From positions 1-33,098 of the IMG/VR virus record IMGVR_UViG_3300047159_000020: DNA of 33,098 nt, one strand, 5' to 3'. Shown piece by piece: positions 21,931 through 30,214 of the stretch; the stretch's first letter is position 1, and each line of letters begins with the position of its first letter. The position numbers and the translations under genes were made by a program. The notes beneath the pieces were generated by a model. The model had not been told where the DNA came from and searched no databases. It saw nothing but the letters and a program-made list of their open reading frames with translations. The stretch comes from a virus.

Positions 21931-23505
21931 ATGCCAGTCCTCGCCGTGACCGTTGCTGGACAGCCGTTCGACATGATGGGGTATGTCGCCGAGCAGTCAG
22001 TTTTCGGCATGTTCTTCAAATCTGCATACGATGCATTCAATTTCGAGAATAACGTGCTGACAAAAATCACCGACGCAGATTATCCCGGATGGAGCACGGT
22101 CACTCCGACAAGCATAACGCGAACTGGGTCGACTGCGACGGTCACGCTGCCTGCGCCAGTCAACTGGCAATCTGGATCGACCGTGACAATCGCTGGCGCT
22201 GCACAAGCTGAATACAACGGCAGCGTTCTGATTACCGTCACTGATGCGACGCACTTCGCTTACGCAGTCACCGGGACTCCGACGACGCCGGCAACGGGCA
22301 CGATAACCGCGAAGGGCGGGCGAACGACGGTGCCAGGCGTTGCCTACCTGGACGGCTACTTCTTCGTCATGGACCAGAACGCCGTTATCTATAACAGCGG
22401 GCTGAATGACCCGACATCATGGGGAGCGCTGGACTTCATAACGGCTGCGATCGAGCCTGGCGGAGGCGTGGCGCTGGCCAAGACGCAGAACTACATCGTC
22501 GCGTTCAAGGAATGGAGCACAGAATTTTTCTACGACGTCGGCAATCCAACGGGGTCCCCGCTGTCGCCTGTGCTGTCCGCATTTACGCTTGTTGGCTGCG
22601 CTTCCGGCGAGTCGGTCGCGGAGCTTGATGAGACGGTCTATTGGATCTCGAAGGCGCGGCAGAAGGGGCGGGCGGTCCACAAAATGGTCGGCCTGCAACA
22701 GCAGCTAGTCAGCACGCCAGATATTGAGCGCATCCTGGCCGCGTCTGACCTGTCGAGTGTCTATGCCTACGGCGTCAAGCTGTCCGGGCACTCATTCTAC
22801 ATCCTGGGCCTGCGCGACATTGACGTGACGCTGGCCTATGACGCGACGGCTGGAACCTGGGCGCAATGGTCGAGCTTGACGGCGCAGACGCCGAAGTCAT
22901 GCACGCTCACGCAGTCGGGCGGCGTGGCGACCGCGGCATGCACTGCGCACGGCTACGCAGACGGGGCGGCGGTCACGATCGCGGGGGCAACGCCAAGCGA
23001 CTACAACGGCCTGAAACAGATTCGCGTCACATCCGCCGACGCCTTCATATTCAGCGTCGCCAGCGGCGCCGCAAGCCCGGCGACGGGCACGATTACGGCG
23101 ACCGGGTACGACGAGGGCTACTTCCGGTACACGCACTATGTGGCCGCGGCCGGCCGCGACCTTGTTCTGCACGAGACGACTGGCGCGCTTGTCGAAATCA
23201 CGCCCGATGCCTACACCGACGACGGGGAGCCGATCGCGCTGAAGCTCCGCACAGGCAAGCTCGACAGCGGCAACGAGAACTACAAGAGCATTGGTCAGAT
23301 TCGCGTCATCGGCGAGAAGCGGGGCGGCGAGGCGATGCTGCGATGGTCGGACGACGACTACACGACGAATTCTGCCTGCCGGCCTGTTGATCTGTCATCG
23401 GCGCAAGCGCGCATTCGGCGGTGCGGGGCGTATCGGCGCCGCAGTTTTGAAGTGCTGCACGTAGCCGATTTGCCGGTGCAGCTTGAAGCGCTCGAATTGG
23501 ACTGA
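21931..23505 (+). CDS. Tail hub protein, P22 gp10-like body (524 aa)
   Basis: The C-terminus ARIRRCGAYRRRSFEVLHVADLPVQLEALELD parallels the P22 gp10 end (VGRIRRLIGFKLRVITKSPVTLSGCQIRLE). It carries two inserted ~65-aa modules and has no obvious SD. Confidence 0.65.
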   Translation: MPVLAVTVAGQPFDMMGYVAEQSVFGMFFKSAYDAFNFENNVLTKITDADYPGWSTVTPTSITRTGSTATVTLPAPVNWQSGSTVTIAGAAQAEYNGSVLITVTDATHFAYAVTGTPTTPATGTITAKGGRTTVPGVAYLDGYFFVMDQNAVIYNSGLNDPTSWGALDFITAAIEPGGGVALAKTQNYIVAFKEWSTEFFYDVGNPTGSPLSPVLSAFTLVGCASGESVAELDETVYWISKARQKGRAVHKMVGLQQQLVSTPDIERILAASDLSSVYAYGVKLSGHSFYILGLRDIDVTLAYDATAGTWAQWSSLTAQTPKSCTLTQSGGVATAACTAHGYADGAAVTIAGATPSDYNGLKQIRVTSADAFIFSVASGAASPATGTITATGYDEGYFRYTHYVAAAGRDLVLHETTGALVEITPDAYTDDGEPIALKLRTGKLDSGNENYKSIGQIRVIGEKRGGEAMLRWSDDDYTTNSACRPVDLSSAQARIRRCGAYRRRSFEVLHVADLPVQLEALELD

Positions 23506-23514
23506 GAGGAAAAC

Positions 23515-24255
23515 ATGCAATCAGCGATGGATTTTCACGGGCTCGGGGCGAAATACCCTGGCAGCGGAGACGGGCTCGACGAAGCGGCGCAGGCGGCCGG
23601 CTATCGCGCGCTCGGCAACGGAAACTACATCAACCAATCGCGATGGTGGGAAGCGCCGATCAGCGGCCAGGAGCTGCAAGGCAAGCTCGACGCTCAAGGC
23701 TTTGCGAAGCAGCAATCGAACCCGTCAAATCTGATCGGCAGCACAGATTACTTGGCGCAGATTCAGCAGTACCTGAACCCGCAGGCATCGTCGGCAGCGG
23801 GTGGCGCAGCAAGCGGCACGCAAACGTCAAACCCGTACGAACAGCGACTGCAGCAGCTAGTCAATGACCCGAACTCGATCAGCGACAGCAATGCGTACAA
23901 GTTCCGCTTCAACCAGGGCCAGCAGGCGCTGGAGCGCGGCGCGGCAGCCAAGGGCATGCTTGGCAGCGGAAACACGCTGGCGGCGCTCGCGCAGTACGGG
24001 CAGGGGCTGGCATCGGACGAGTACGGGAACGAGGTCAGCCGCCTGGGCGCGCTATCCGGGCAGCGAGACCAGTACAACCTTGGGTTGAAGGGGCTTGCAA
24101 ACAGCGAATATGGGCTGCGCGCAGGAACAGACCAAAACCGAGGATCGCTCGCGCTTTCGGCGCTGACGACGGCGAATGACCAGAGACTGAAGGCGAACCA
24201 ATTGGCTTCCAGCACGGCGACGTCAACCGGGCTCGTTCGCCCGAATATCTGGTAA
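23515..24255 (+). CDS. Internal virion/ejection-type protein (246 aa)
   Basis: GAGAGGAAAAC SD. Gln/Gly/Ser/Asn-rich. Its position corresponds to the P22 ejection genes. Confidence 0.4.
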   Translation: MQSAMDFHGLGAKYPGSGDGLDEAAQAAGYRALGNGNYINQSRWWEAPISGQELQGKLDAQGFAKQQSNPSNLIGSTDYLAQIQQYLNPQASSAAGGAASGTQTSNPYEQRLQQLVNDPNSISDSNAYKFRFNQGQQALERGAAAKGMLGSGNTLAALAQYGQGLASDEYGNEVSRLGALSGQRDQYNLGLKGLANSEYGLRAGTDQNRGSLALSALTTANDQRLKANQLASSTATSTGLVRPNIW

Positions 24256-24335
24256 GGGGCGGCCATGTACGACCAAGGTTCCATGGACAGAATCGGGCGG
24301 CTGATGAGCTTGCGCGACCTCGTACGGCCGGCCAG

Positions 24336-25265
24336 ATGGCGCCCGACGCCGCTCCTTTGCCAATGAATACGCTGCGCAACAACACGACTGGCGCAGAGTA
24401 TCAGTTCGAGTCCTCTCCGCAGGGCGGCGCGGGCCGGCAAAGCCCGCAGCTCGACTACTCGCAGCCAATCGAAATTTTTGGGCAGGGAAAAGGCTACGCG
24501 ATCAAAGGGCAGCCGCTATCAGCGATGATCAACGGCCGGCGCGTGGATTACGGTGTCGATAGCGACAAGTCTCAAGCTATGACGCAGGCAGCACAGGATC
24601 GCGCACTCAAGCTTGAGCAGGTGCAGCAGGGGCTTGACGCTGGCGCGCTGGACATCGCAAAAAAGCGCATGGAAAATTCAGCAATGCAATCGACTGGAGG
24701 AGCAAAGCCGCTTACCGAGTCGCAAGGCAAGGCGGCAGGGTTCGGAGTGCGAGCAAACGACGCGGACTCAATCATTCGAGATATTGGCGGCAGCGGCGAT
24801 GTGCAGCCTGGGCTTATCAAACGGACTGCAGAAGCTGTGCCGTTCGTTGGCGACGCTCTCGGAACGCTGACAAACTGGACGCAAAGCGAACCGCAGCAAA
24901 AGGTCGAGCAGGCGCAGAGGAACTTTATCAATGCCGTTCTTCGTCGAGAGTCTGGCGCGGCGATTGGTTCCGAGGAGTTCGACAACGCGAGAACGCAGTA
25001 TTTCCCGCAGCCAGGAGACGAACCAGGGACAATTGCTCAGAAGCAGGCAAACCGGCAGGCGACAATTGCCGCGCTGAAAACAGAAGGAGCGCACGGCTAC
25101 GAACAGGCGCGCGCAGAATTCGAGGCGCGCAAGGCGGCCATTTCCGGCGACAGGAAAGCCACGGCCGGCGCTGGCGGAAACACAGTAGCTCTGCCTGATG
25201 GCCAAGTGCTGACATTCCCGAGCGCAGCGCACGCGGACGGATTTCGGAAGGCAGCCGGTCTATGA
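24336..25265 (+). CDS. Internal virion/ejection-type protein (309 aa); the 5' end is probably frame-shifted from ATG 24265
   Basis: There is no SD before 24336. An SD-preceded ATG at 24265 opens a 33-codon ORF in another frame that ends at 24366. Confidence 0.5.
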   Translation: MAPDAAPLPMNTLRNNTTGAEYQFESSPQGGAGRQSPQLDYSQPIEIFGQGKGYAIKGQPLSAMINGRRVDYGVDSDKSQAMTQAAQDRALKLEQVQQGLDAGALDIAKKRMENSAMQSTGGAKPLTESQGKAAGFGVRANDADSIIRDIGGSGDVQPGLIKRTAEAVPFVGDALGTLTNWTQSEPQQKVEQAQRNFINAVLRRESGAAIGSEEFDNARTQYFPQPGDEPGTIAQKQANRQATIAALKTEGAHGYEQARAEFEARKAAISGDRKATAGAGGNTVALPDGQVLTFPSAAHADGFRKAAGL

Positions 25266-27334
25266 GCGGATACGGAGAAGTGGCCAAGCAGTTCGGAGGG
25301 CAACCGGCCGCGCCTACCGCGGCGCCGTCGCCAGACTACAGCGGACTGGCGGCAAAGTTCGGCGGCAAGGTTGACACGGCAAAGCAAGCGGCTACCGACG
25401 CCTACCAGGGCGCGGCCAATTGGTTCGCCGAGACGTTCGGCCCGAGCGGCAACCTCCGCGGATCGGCGATCGGCGGCGTGATGCAGGGCATGGCTGACCC
25501 GGTTGTTGGAGCGGTGCAGTTCGCTGCAAATCTGCCAGGCATCCGGTCGCTGGCCGGCGATAGCGTGAATTCTGGAATCAAAGCCAAAGAGGCAGAGTAC
25601 GAAGCTGCTCGGGCCAGCGCTGGCCGCGACGGGTTCGACGCTGCGCGCTTCGCCGGATACCTCGCAGCGCCGAGTAATGTTGCGCTCGCTTCGCGCATCC
25701 CGGCCGCTGCGGGATTCCTTGGTCGGGCCGGAACAGGCGCAGCGGTCGGCGCAGTCGGAGCGGCAGCAACGCCCGAAACCGACACGGAAAACTATTGGAG
25801 CAAGACGGCCGGGAAAGCTGCCGTTGGCGGCGCCGCTGGGGCTGTGCTGGCGCCCGTTGCCGGCGCAGTAGGGGATAGGATCGGGCGCATGTTTCAAGGC
25901 TCTGGCGCCCCTCCTGCGGGCGGCCTTCCGCCGATTGCCGGAGCGCCAGGCACGCACGCTGCAGACGAGGCCATCGCGCGCGCTGCCGCGGAGGCCGGCC
26001 AGACGATTGACGACATCCCGCAGTCGGTCTTGTACCAGCTTCGCGCGCAGGCGCAGCATGCACTATCGCAGAATCAAACGCTCGACACGGCCGCCGCGCT
26101 GCGCAAGGCGGATTTCGAGGCGCTCGGTCAGCAACCTCTGCTCGGGCAAATCACCCGGGATCCCATGCAGTTCGCCCGCGAGAAGAATTTGCGCGGTATT
26201 GCCGGCGCAGGCGAGCCGATCGCCGCGCGCCTTGCAGGGCAGACGGAGGGCCTGAGCCGCACGCTTGGCGGTTTCGCGCAAGGGGCGGACGAGGCTTTCG
26301 CCGGAGGGCAGAAGATCGCCCGCGGCCTGGGCTCGATTGATGCGCGCGCTCGCGGCGTGGTCGATGACGCATACAACGCAGCCCGGGGCTCGGCCGGGCG
26401 CTATGTCGACCTGGATAACGTGGGATTCGTGAAGGCTGCGAATGATGCGCTTGACGATGGCATGCTAGGCCATTACCTGCCGGCACAGGTGCGCAACATG
26501 CTCAATGACGTGTCGACGGGAAAAATCCCGCTGAACGTAAATACGGCGGTGCAGATGGATTCAGTTCTATCGGCAGCGCAGCGCGGAGCATTGCCGGCAG
26601 AGCGAAAGGCGCTCGGCGCTGTCCGTGATGCGCTCAACGGAGCGAGCCCTGCAAACAACACCGGCGCCGATGCGCTGGCAGCATTCCAGGGCGCGCGCAA
26701 GCTGGCCGCGGAGCGATTCAAACTGCACGAGGCCATCCCCGCACTGAAAGCCGCCGCAAACGGCGACGTTCCGGCTGATGACTTCGTTCGGAAGTTCATC
26801 ATCAACGGCGACGCGCTCGAACTGCGTGGCATGGCCAAGTTGCTGAAAGGCCATGCACCGGAAGCGTATCAGCAGGCGCGCGCTCAGATCGGCGCAGAGC
26901 TTCGCCGGGCTGGATTCGGCGAGAACATCGCCGGCGACAAGCCGTTTTCTCAGGAGCGGTTCAACGTCAAGCTGCGGCAGATGGGAGCGGCCAGGCTTCA
27001 GGCGTTTTTCACGCCAGAGGAAATCGCCACCTTGCGCACGGTCGGACGGGTTGGGGCGTACATGGAAAGCCCGCCAGCGGGATCGGCGGTGAACTTCAGC
27101 AACTCCGGGTCGGCGGTGGCCAACGTCGCGCAAGCGGCGGCGCCCGGCATCCTCGGGCAGATTGTCGGCGGGGCACGGTGGGCGGCCAGGGCGGCGGGAA
27201 ACAATGCAGCGGTCGGAAAAGCCATGCGCGCTGACGTGCCGAGAGCCGCCAGCGGAACGCCTTCTCGGTCGCGGCGCCTGAACGAACTGTTGCTAATCGG
27301 TAGCGCCGCGACAGGGGCCTCCGCAGGGCGCTAG
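25262..27334 (+). CDS. Large internal virion/ejection-type protein (690 aa)
   Basis: ATGA overlap. Ala/Gly-rich hydrophobic N-terminal third. Size and position match podovirus DNA-ejection proteins. Confidence 0.45.
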   Translation: MSGYGEVAKQFGGQPAAPTAAPSPDYSGLAAKFGGKVDTAKQAATDAYQGAANWFAETFGPSGNLRGSAIGGVMQGMADPVVGAVQFAANLPGIRSLAGDSVNSGIKAKEAEYEAARASAGRDGFDAARFAGYLAAPSNVALASRIPAAAGFLGRAGTGAAVGAVGAAATPETDTENYWSKTAGKAAVGGAAGAVLAPVAGAVGDRIGRMFQGSGAPPAGGLPPIAGAPGTHAADEAIARAAAEAGQTIDDIPQSVLYQLRAQAQHALSQNQTLDTAAALRKADFEALGQQPLLGQITRDPMQFAREKNLRGIAGAGEPIAARLAGQTEGLSRTLGGFAQGADEAFAGGQKIARGLGSIDARARGVVDDAYNAARGSAGRYVDLDNVGFVKAANDALDDGMLGHYLPAQVRNMLNDVSTGKIPLNVNTAVQMDSVLSAAQRGALPAERKALGAVRDALNGASPANNTGADALAAFQGARKLAAERFKLHEAIPALKAAANGDVPADDFVRKFIINGDALELRGMAKLLKGHAPEAYQQARAQIGAELRRAGFGENIAGDKPFSQERFNVKLRQMGAARLQAFFTPEEIATLRTVGRVGAYMESPPAGSAVNFSNSGSAVANVAQAAAPGILGQIVGGARWAARAAGNNAAVGKAMRADVPRAASGTPSRSRRLNELLLIGSAATGASAGR

Positions 27335-27495
27335 ATTCCGGCCTTTTTCCTGCGGCGCTCCTCGCGCTTCTGCTTTTGATACCAGAGCGCGTCGTCGTTG
27401 AGCGAGTTCCCGGTCAAGATGCGATACAGAGCGTGCACCACGACACCAAGAACGAAGACGATCGCCAGACGAATGAAAACATGCTCCCAGTTCAT
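27331..27495 (-). CDS. Antisense small membrane protein (54 aa), missed by the ORF track
   Basis: MNWEHVFIRLAIVFVLGVVVHALYRILTGNSLNDDALWYQKQKREERRRKKAGI has one TM segment and a strongly basic tail. Its stop shares the CTAG palindrome with the stop of the 690-aa gene. Confidence 0.45.
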   Translation of the reverse strand: MNWEHVFIRLAIVFVLGVVVHALYRILTGNSLNDDALWYQKQKREERRRKKAGI

Positions 27496-27518
27496 GTGCT
27501 TGCCTACGAGGTAGAAAA

Positions 27519-28424
27519 GTGACGGTCATTGTATCCCCGCCAGTGCCGAAATCAGATCAGAGGTTTGACGACTGGATGTATTTGTTCTGGAAACGAGTCT
27601 TTGAGGCGATTGCCGGCTCCGGAGGAGGGCCGGTGGACCTAACGGATTATGCGTACCTTCCGGGGCGCGTTGGAGGGCAGCTGCTTCACGGCGGCGCAAA
27701 CAATGACGACGCGCTAATCCTTCAAGGAACGGCGGGAACGAGCGGAGACACGGCAGATGCAATTCTGCTGAAAACTGGCACCGCAGGCGACCAGACTGCC
27801 GTCAAGGTTCGCGGAGATGGGTCCGTAGCAATAAACGGCGACTACGACGGAACGTATGGAATGCCCACGGCGATAAGCGGCGGCGCGCTGTTCCATGGCG
27901 GAAACGGAGAGATTGGCATGCTCAGCGTTACAACAGACACCATAGCCGCCGGGTTTTTTAATCTAGGTGAGTATGTAGTGAATATAGGTCAGAACGCCAC
28001 CCAAACAAGCAACATCGGCGCGGGCGCCTTGCTTTCTATCTATAAAAATCAAGACATGAACGGATACGACAATCTTGCAGGGATGATTGACCTTCATGAT
28101 AGTCCGTCGGGAACAGGAAACAGAACCAACGTCACGGTAAGCATAAAAATCGACAGCATAATAAGGGCGCGCTTGTACCCAAGAATCCCAGACGGGACGA
28201 TAGGCGAGGCGTACCTGTTTGACACGAAAACAGAAATCACGCAGACGGACACAAAGCTATTATCAATAAAGAATTCAGGCGTTACAAAGTTTTCAGTTGA
28301 CTGTAACGGCATGCTGTTTTGTGACAGCATCCCAGAGTACACGGACAACGCAGACGCCGTGTCTGACGGGCTTGTCGTAGGGAACGTCTACCACACAGGC
28401 GGCGACTTGAAGATCGTCATCTGA
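27519..28424 (+). CDS. Tail fibre protein (301 aa)
   Basis: GAGG SD plus GTG start. Gly/Thr/Asn-rich. The C-terminal YTDNADAVSDGLVVGNVYHTGGDLKIVI resembles a fibre C-terminal motif common in environmental podophages. The 3' half is A/T-richer. Confidence 0.55.
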   Translation: MTVIVSPPVPKSDQRFDDWMYLFWKRVFEAIAGSGGGPVDLTDYAYLPGRVGGQLLHGGANNDDALILQGTAGTSGDTADAILLKTGTAGDQTAVKVRGDGSVAINGDYDGTYGMPTAISGGALFHGGNGEIGMLSVTTDTIAAGFFNLGEYVVNIGQNATQTSNIGAGALLSIYKNQDMNGYDNLAGMIDLHDSPSGTGNRTNVTVSIKIDSIIRARLYPRIPDGTIGEAYLFDTKTEITQTDTKLLSIKNSGVTKFSVDCNGMLFCDSIPEYTDNADAVSDGLVVGNVYHTGGDLKIVI

Positions 28425-28906
28425 TGACAAGCGAGCAGGAGGAAATGCACCGCATGTTGACGGTGCGCGTAAATGCTCTTTCTGACGACGTCGATAGGTT
28501 TCGGACAGAACTCGGGAAGGTCGCCGACCGAGCCGAGCAGGCGGACCGCAAGCTCGCCGACGAAATGGCAGAGGCGCTGGTAAAGGTCCACGACAAGCTC
28601 GATCAGACTATCGCCCAGCAGGCGGCCAGGCACGCCGATCAGGCAATCCAGATGTCGCGGCTGCAGTCGTCTATTGACAAGCTCGACATGGACCTGAAGG
28701 AACCTATGGAGGCGTGGAAAACGGCCAAGTACGGGTCGAAGGCGGCTGCGTTTCTGGCGTCAATTGCGAAAGCGATAGGACCAATACTGATTGCCGCGAT
28801 TGTCGGAATCGGTGCGCTGCAGACAAAAATGCTGGTTGACATCAAGACTGAAATCAAGCCCGACGTAAAAACAACAAGCAGCGCAGCAAGGGCGGGCGGA
28901 GAATGA
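28424..28906 (+). CDS. Coiled-coil protein with C-terminal TM anchor (160 aa)
   Basis: The start ATG (28424-28426) overlaps the fibre-gene stop TGA (28422-28424) by 1 nt (TGATGA). Has the TM segment AAAFLASIAKAIGPILIAAIVGIGAL. Confidence 0.55.
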   Translation: MTSEQEEMHRMLTVRVNALSDDVDRFRTELGKVADRAEQADRKLADEMAEALVKVHDKLDQTIAQQAARHADQAIQMSRLQSSIDKLDMDLKEPMEAWKTAKYGSKAAAFLASIAKAIGPILIAAIVGIGALQTKMLVDIKTEIKPDVKTTSSAARAGGE

Positions 28907-29520
28907 AGCCGATCTTCTACGGGATACTGATTGGCCTGTGCATTGCCATGCTTCCGATCATCGCATCGGCAGAAGGCGCCCCGCTAGGCTTGAATGCCGG
29001 CGCCTGGGCCGCTTCTGCGGCCTCGGCCGGAGCGTCGGCCGGGGTGTCAGTGAAAACGGCGCAGACGGCCGCGCAGCAGGTCGCAGTAACATTGAATCAG
29101 CCGGCGCCTGCGGCATCTGGTAGCGGCGGCAAGGAAACGACAGTCAGAACCGTGCCAGACGCCTACGCTCCGACGATGAACGCCACTGCGCCATGTAGGA
29201 TTTCGGTATCGGCCGGCGTGGCGGTCATCGGCATCGGGGTGTCGGGTGGCGGGAGCGTCGAAGACGACCCGTGCAACCTCCGCGAGACTGCGCGCCTACT
29301 CGACGGCATCGGGCAGCGGGAAGCGGCTGCGCGGGTCATGTGCAACGATCGGCGGGCGGCTGAGGCTCTTGGCGAAAGTATCTGTCCGTCGATCGGCGAC
29401 CGGGAGCGCTCGACCTCTCCACTTCAAAGCCAAGCCACAACAGGCCGTGGCCAGCCAATCTGCGATCAGGCGGCCCGGTTCGACGATCCGCTACTTGCGG
29501 ATCGGAACGGCTGCCGGTAG
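28903..29520 (+). CDS. Secreted Cys-rich protein (205 aa)
   Basis: ATGA overlap. Signal peptide MKPIFYGILIGLCIAMLPIIASA|EG. The mature part has 6 Cys. The last 19 codons lie inside the 65-bp repeat. Confidence 0.55.
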   Translation: MKPIFYGILIGLCIAMLPIIASAEGAPLGLNAGAWAASAASAGASAGVSVKTAQTAAQQVAVTLNQPAPAASGSGGKETTVRTVPDAYAPTMNATAPCRISVSAGVAVIGIGVSGGGSVEDDPCNLRETARLLDGIGQREAAARVMCNDRRAAEALGESICPSIGDRERSTSPLQSQATTGRGQPICDQAARFDDPLLADRNGCR

Positions 29521-29992
29521 TCGCTGCCTCATACTGATCGCCGGTTATTTCGTAGTACCTTGGGCTTGGCGACGTTTCCATCGCGCACAATCTGCCTGTT
29601 TCGCCGTGCTGCCAATATCTCATCACGAAATCACTTTCTCTAGCATTTTCTGCGCCTTGCTTGGCTTCGTCCACCAGTGATGGTGAGTCGGTCGCCATCC
29701 TCGTAACCATAGGGCGATCCGCGCAACCTGGCTGTCGGGGGTCTGCGCAAAGGCGCGTCCGTACCGCCCGATCCTGATATGCCACACATTCATTACGGCT
29801 AGCCTTCGCCGCCCGCATTTCGTCATCATCGACGCTCTCCACAACGTGCTGCGCGAAGTCCGCGAGCAAGTCCAGCCGCCGCCGCATGTTGTCGCTCTCG
29901 GCGCTTCCTGGTGGGGCGATCATCAGTAGATCGCCAAGCGTCGACTTGTGCGCCAGCGCGCGGATTGTTTCCAGCCACTCTCTGTTCATCAC
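29336..29992 (-). CDS. Hypothetical protein (218 aa); 3' end uncertain
   Basis: The ATG at 29992 overlaps the upstream gene's stop codon (29989-29991) by 1 nt (TGATG). The last ~60 codons read through repeat copy 1 and overlap the convergent 205-aa gene by 185 nt. Confidence 0.45.
   Translation of the reverse strand: MMNREWLETIRALAHKSTLGDLLMIAPPGSAESDNMRRRLDLLADFAQHVVESVDDDEMRAAKASRNECVAYQDRAVRTRLCADPRQPGCADRPMVTRMATDSPSLVDEAKQGAENARESDFVMRYWQHGETGRLCAMETSPSPRYYEITGDQYEAATTGSRSDPQVADRRTGPPDRRLAGHGLLWLGFEVERSSAPGRRSTDRYFRQEPQPPADRCT
29460..29524. repeat. 65-bp hairpin-forming direct repeat, copy 1
   Basis: ctgcgatcaggcggcccggttcgacgatccgctacttgcggatcggaacggctgccggtagtcgc is identical to 31027-31091. 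The central stem is CGATCCGC-tactt-GCGGATCG. Confidence 0.9.
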
Positions 29993-30210
29993 GTCACCAA
30001 TCTGCCTTGGCGCATCTCGTCTCCGATAATTTCCTCAGCATCTGCCCGAGCCTCTGCGATCCTTTCACATTGACAATTCGGCAGTCCGGTAGCTGCTTGG
30101 ATGTCGTGGTCGTGCGTGCGGTCCATCACTGCCGACAGCGCCCTTGCCATACGAAGGCAGCGCGCTTTCCACAGGTCCTTCTCGTTCGCGAATTGACTCA
30201 TCGTTTCCAT
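29989..30210 (-). CDS. Hypothetical protein (73 aa)
   Basis: METMSQFANEKDLWKARCL... The ATG at 30210 lies 4 nt after the upstream stop. Confidence 0.5.
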   Translation of the reverse strand: METMSQFANEKDLWKARCLRMARALSAVMDRTHDHDIQAATGLPNCQCERIAEARADAEEIIGDEMRQGRLVT

Positions 30211-30214
30211 TTCG

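Noticed and set aside
27293-27529. 78-aa minus-strand track ORF between the ejection and fibre genes
   Set aside because: The translation is Arg/Gly/Cys-rich with no features. A different frame on the same strand gives a clean 54-aa TM protein (27331-27495), which I report instead.
17919-28424. A diversity-generating retroelement or other hypervariation system acting on the fibre genes
   Set aside because: There is no reverse transcriptase ORF and no template/variable repeat pair. I found no DNA repeat matching either fibre 3' end.
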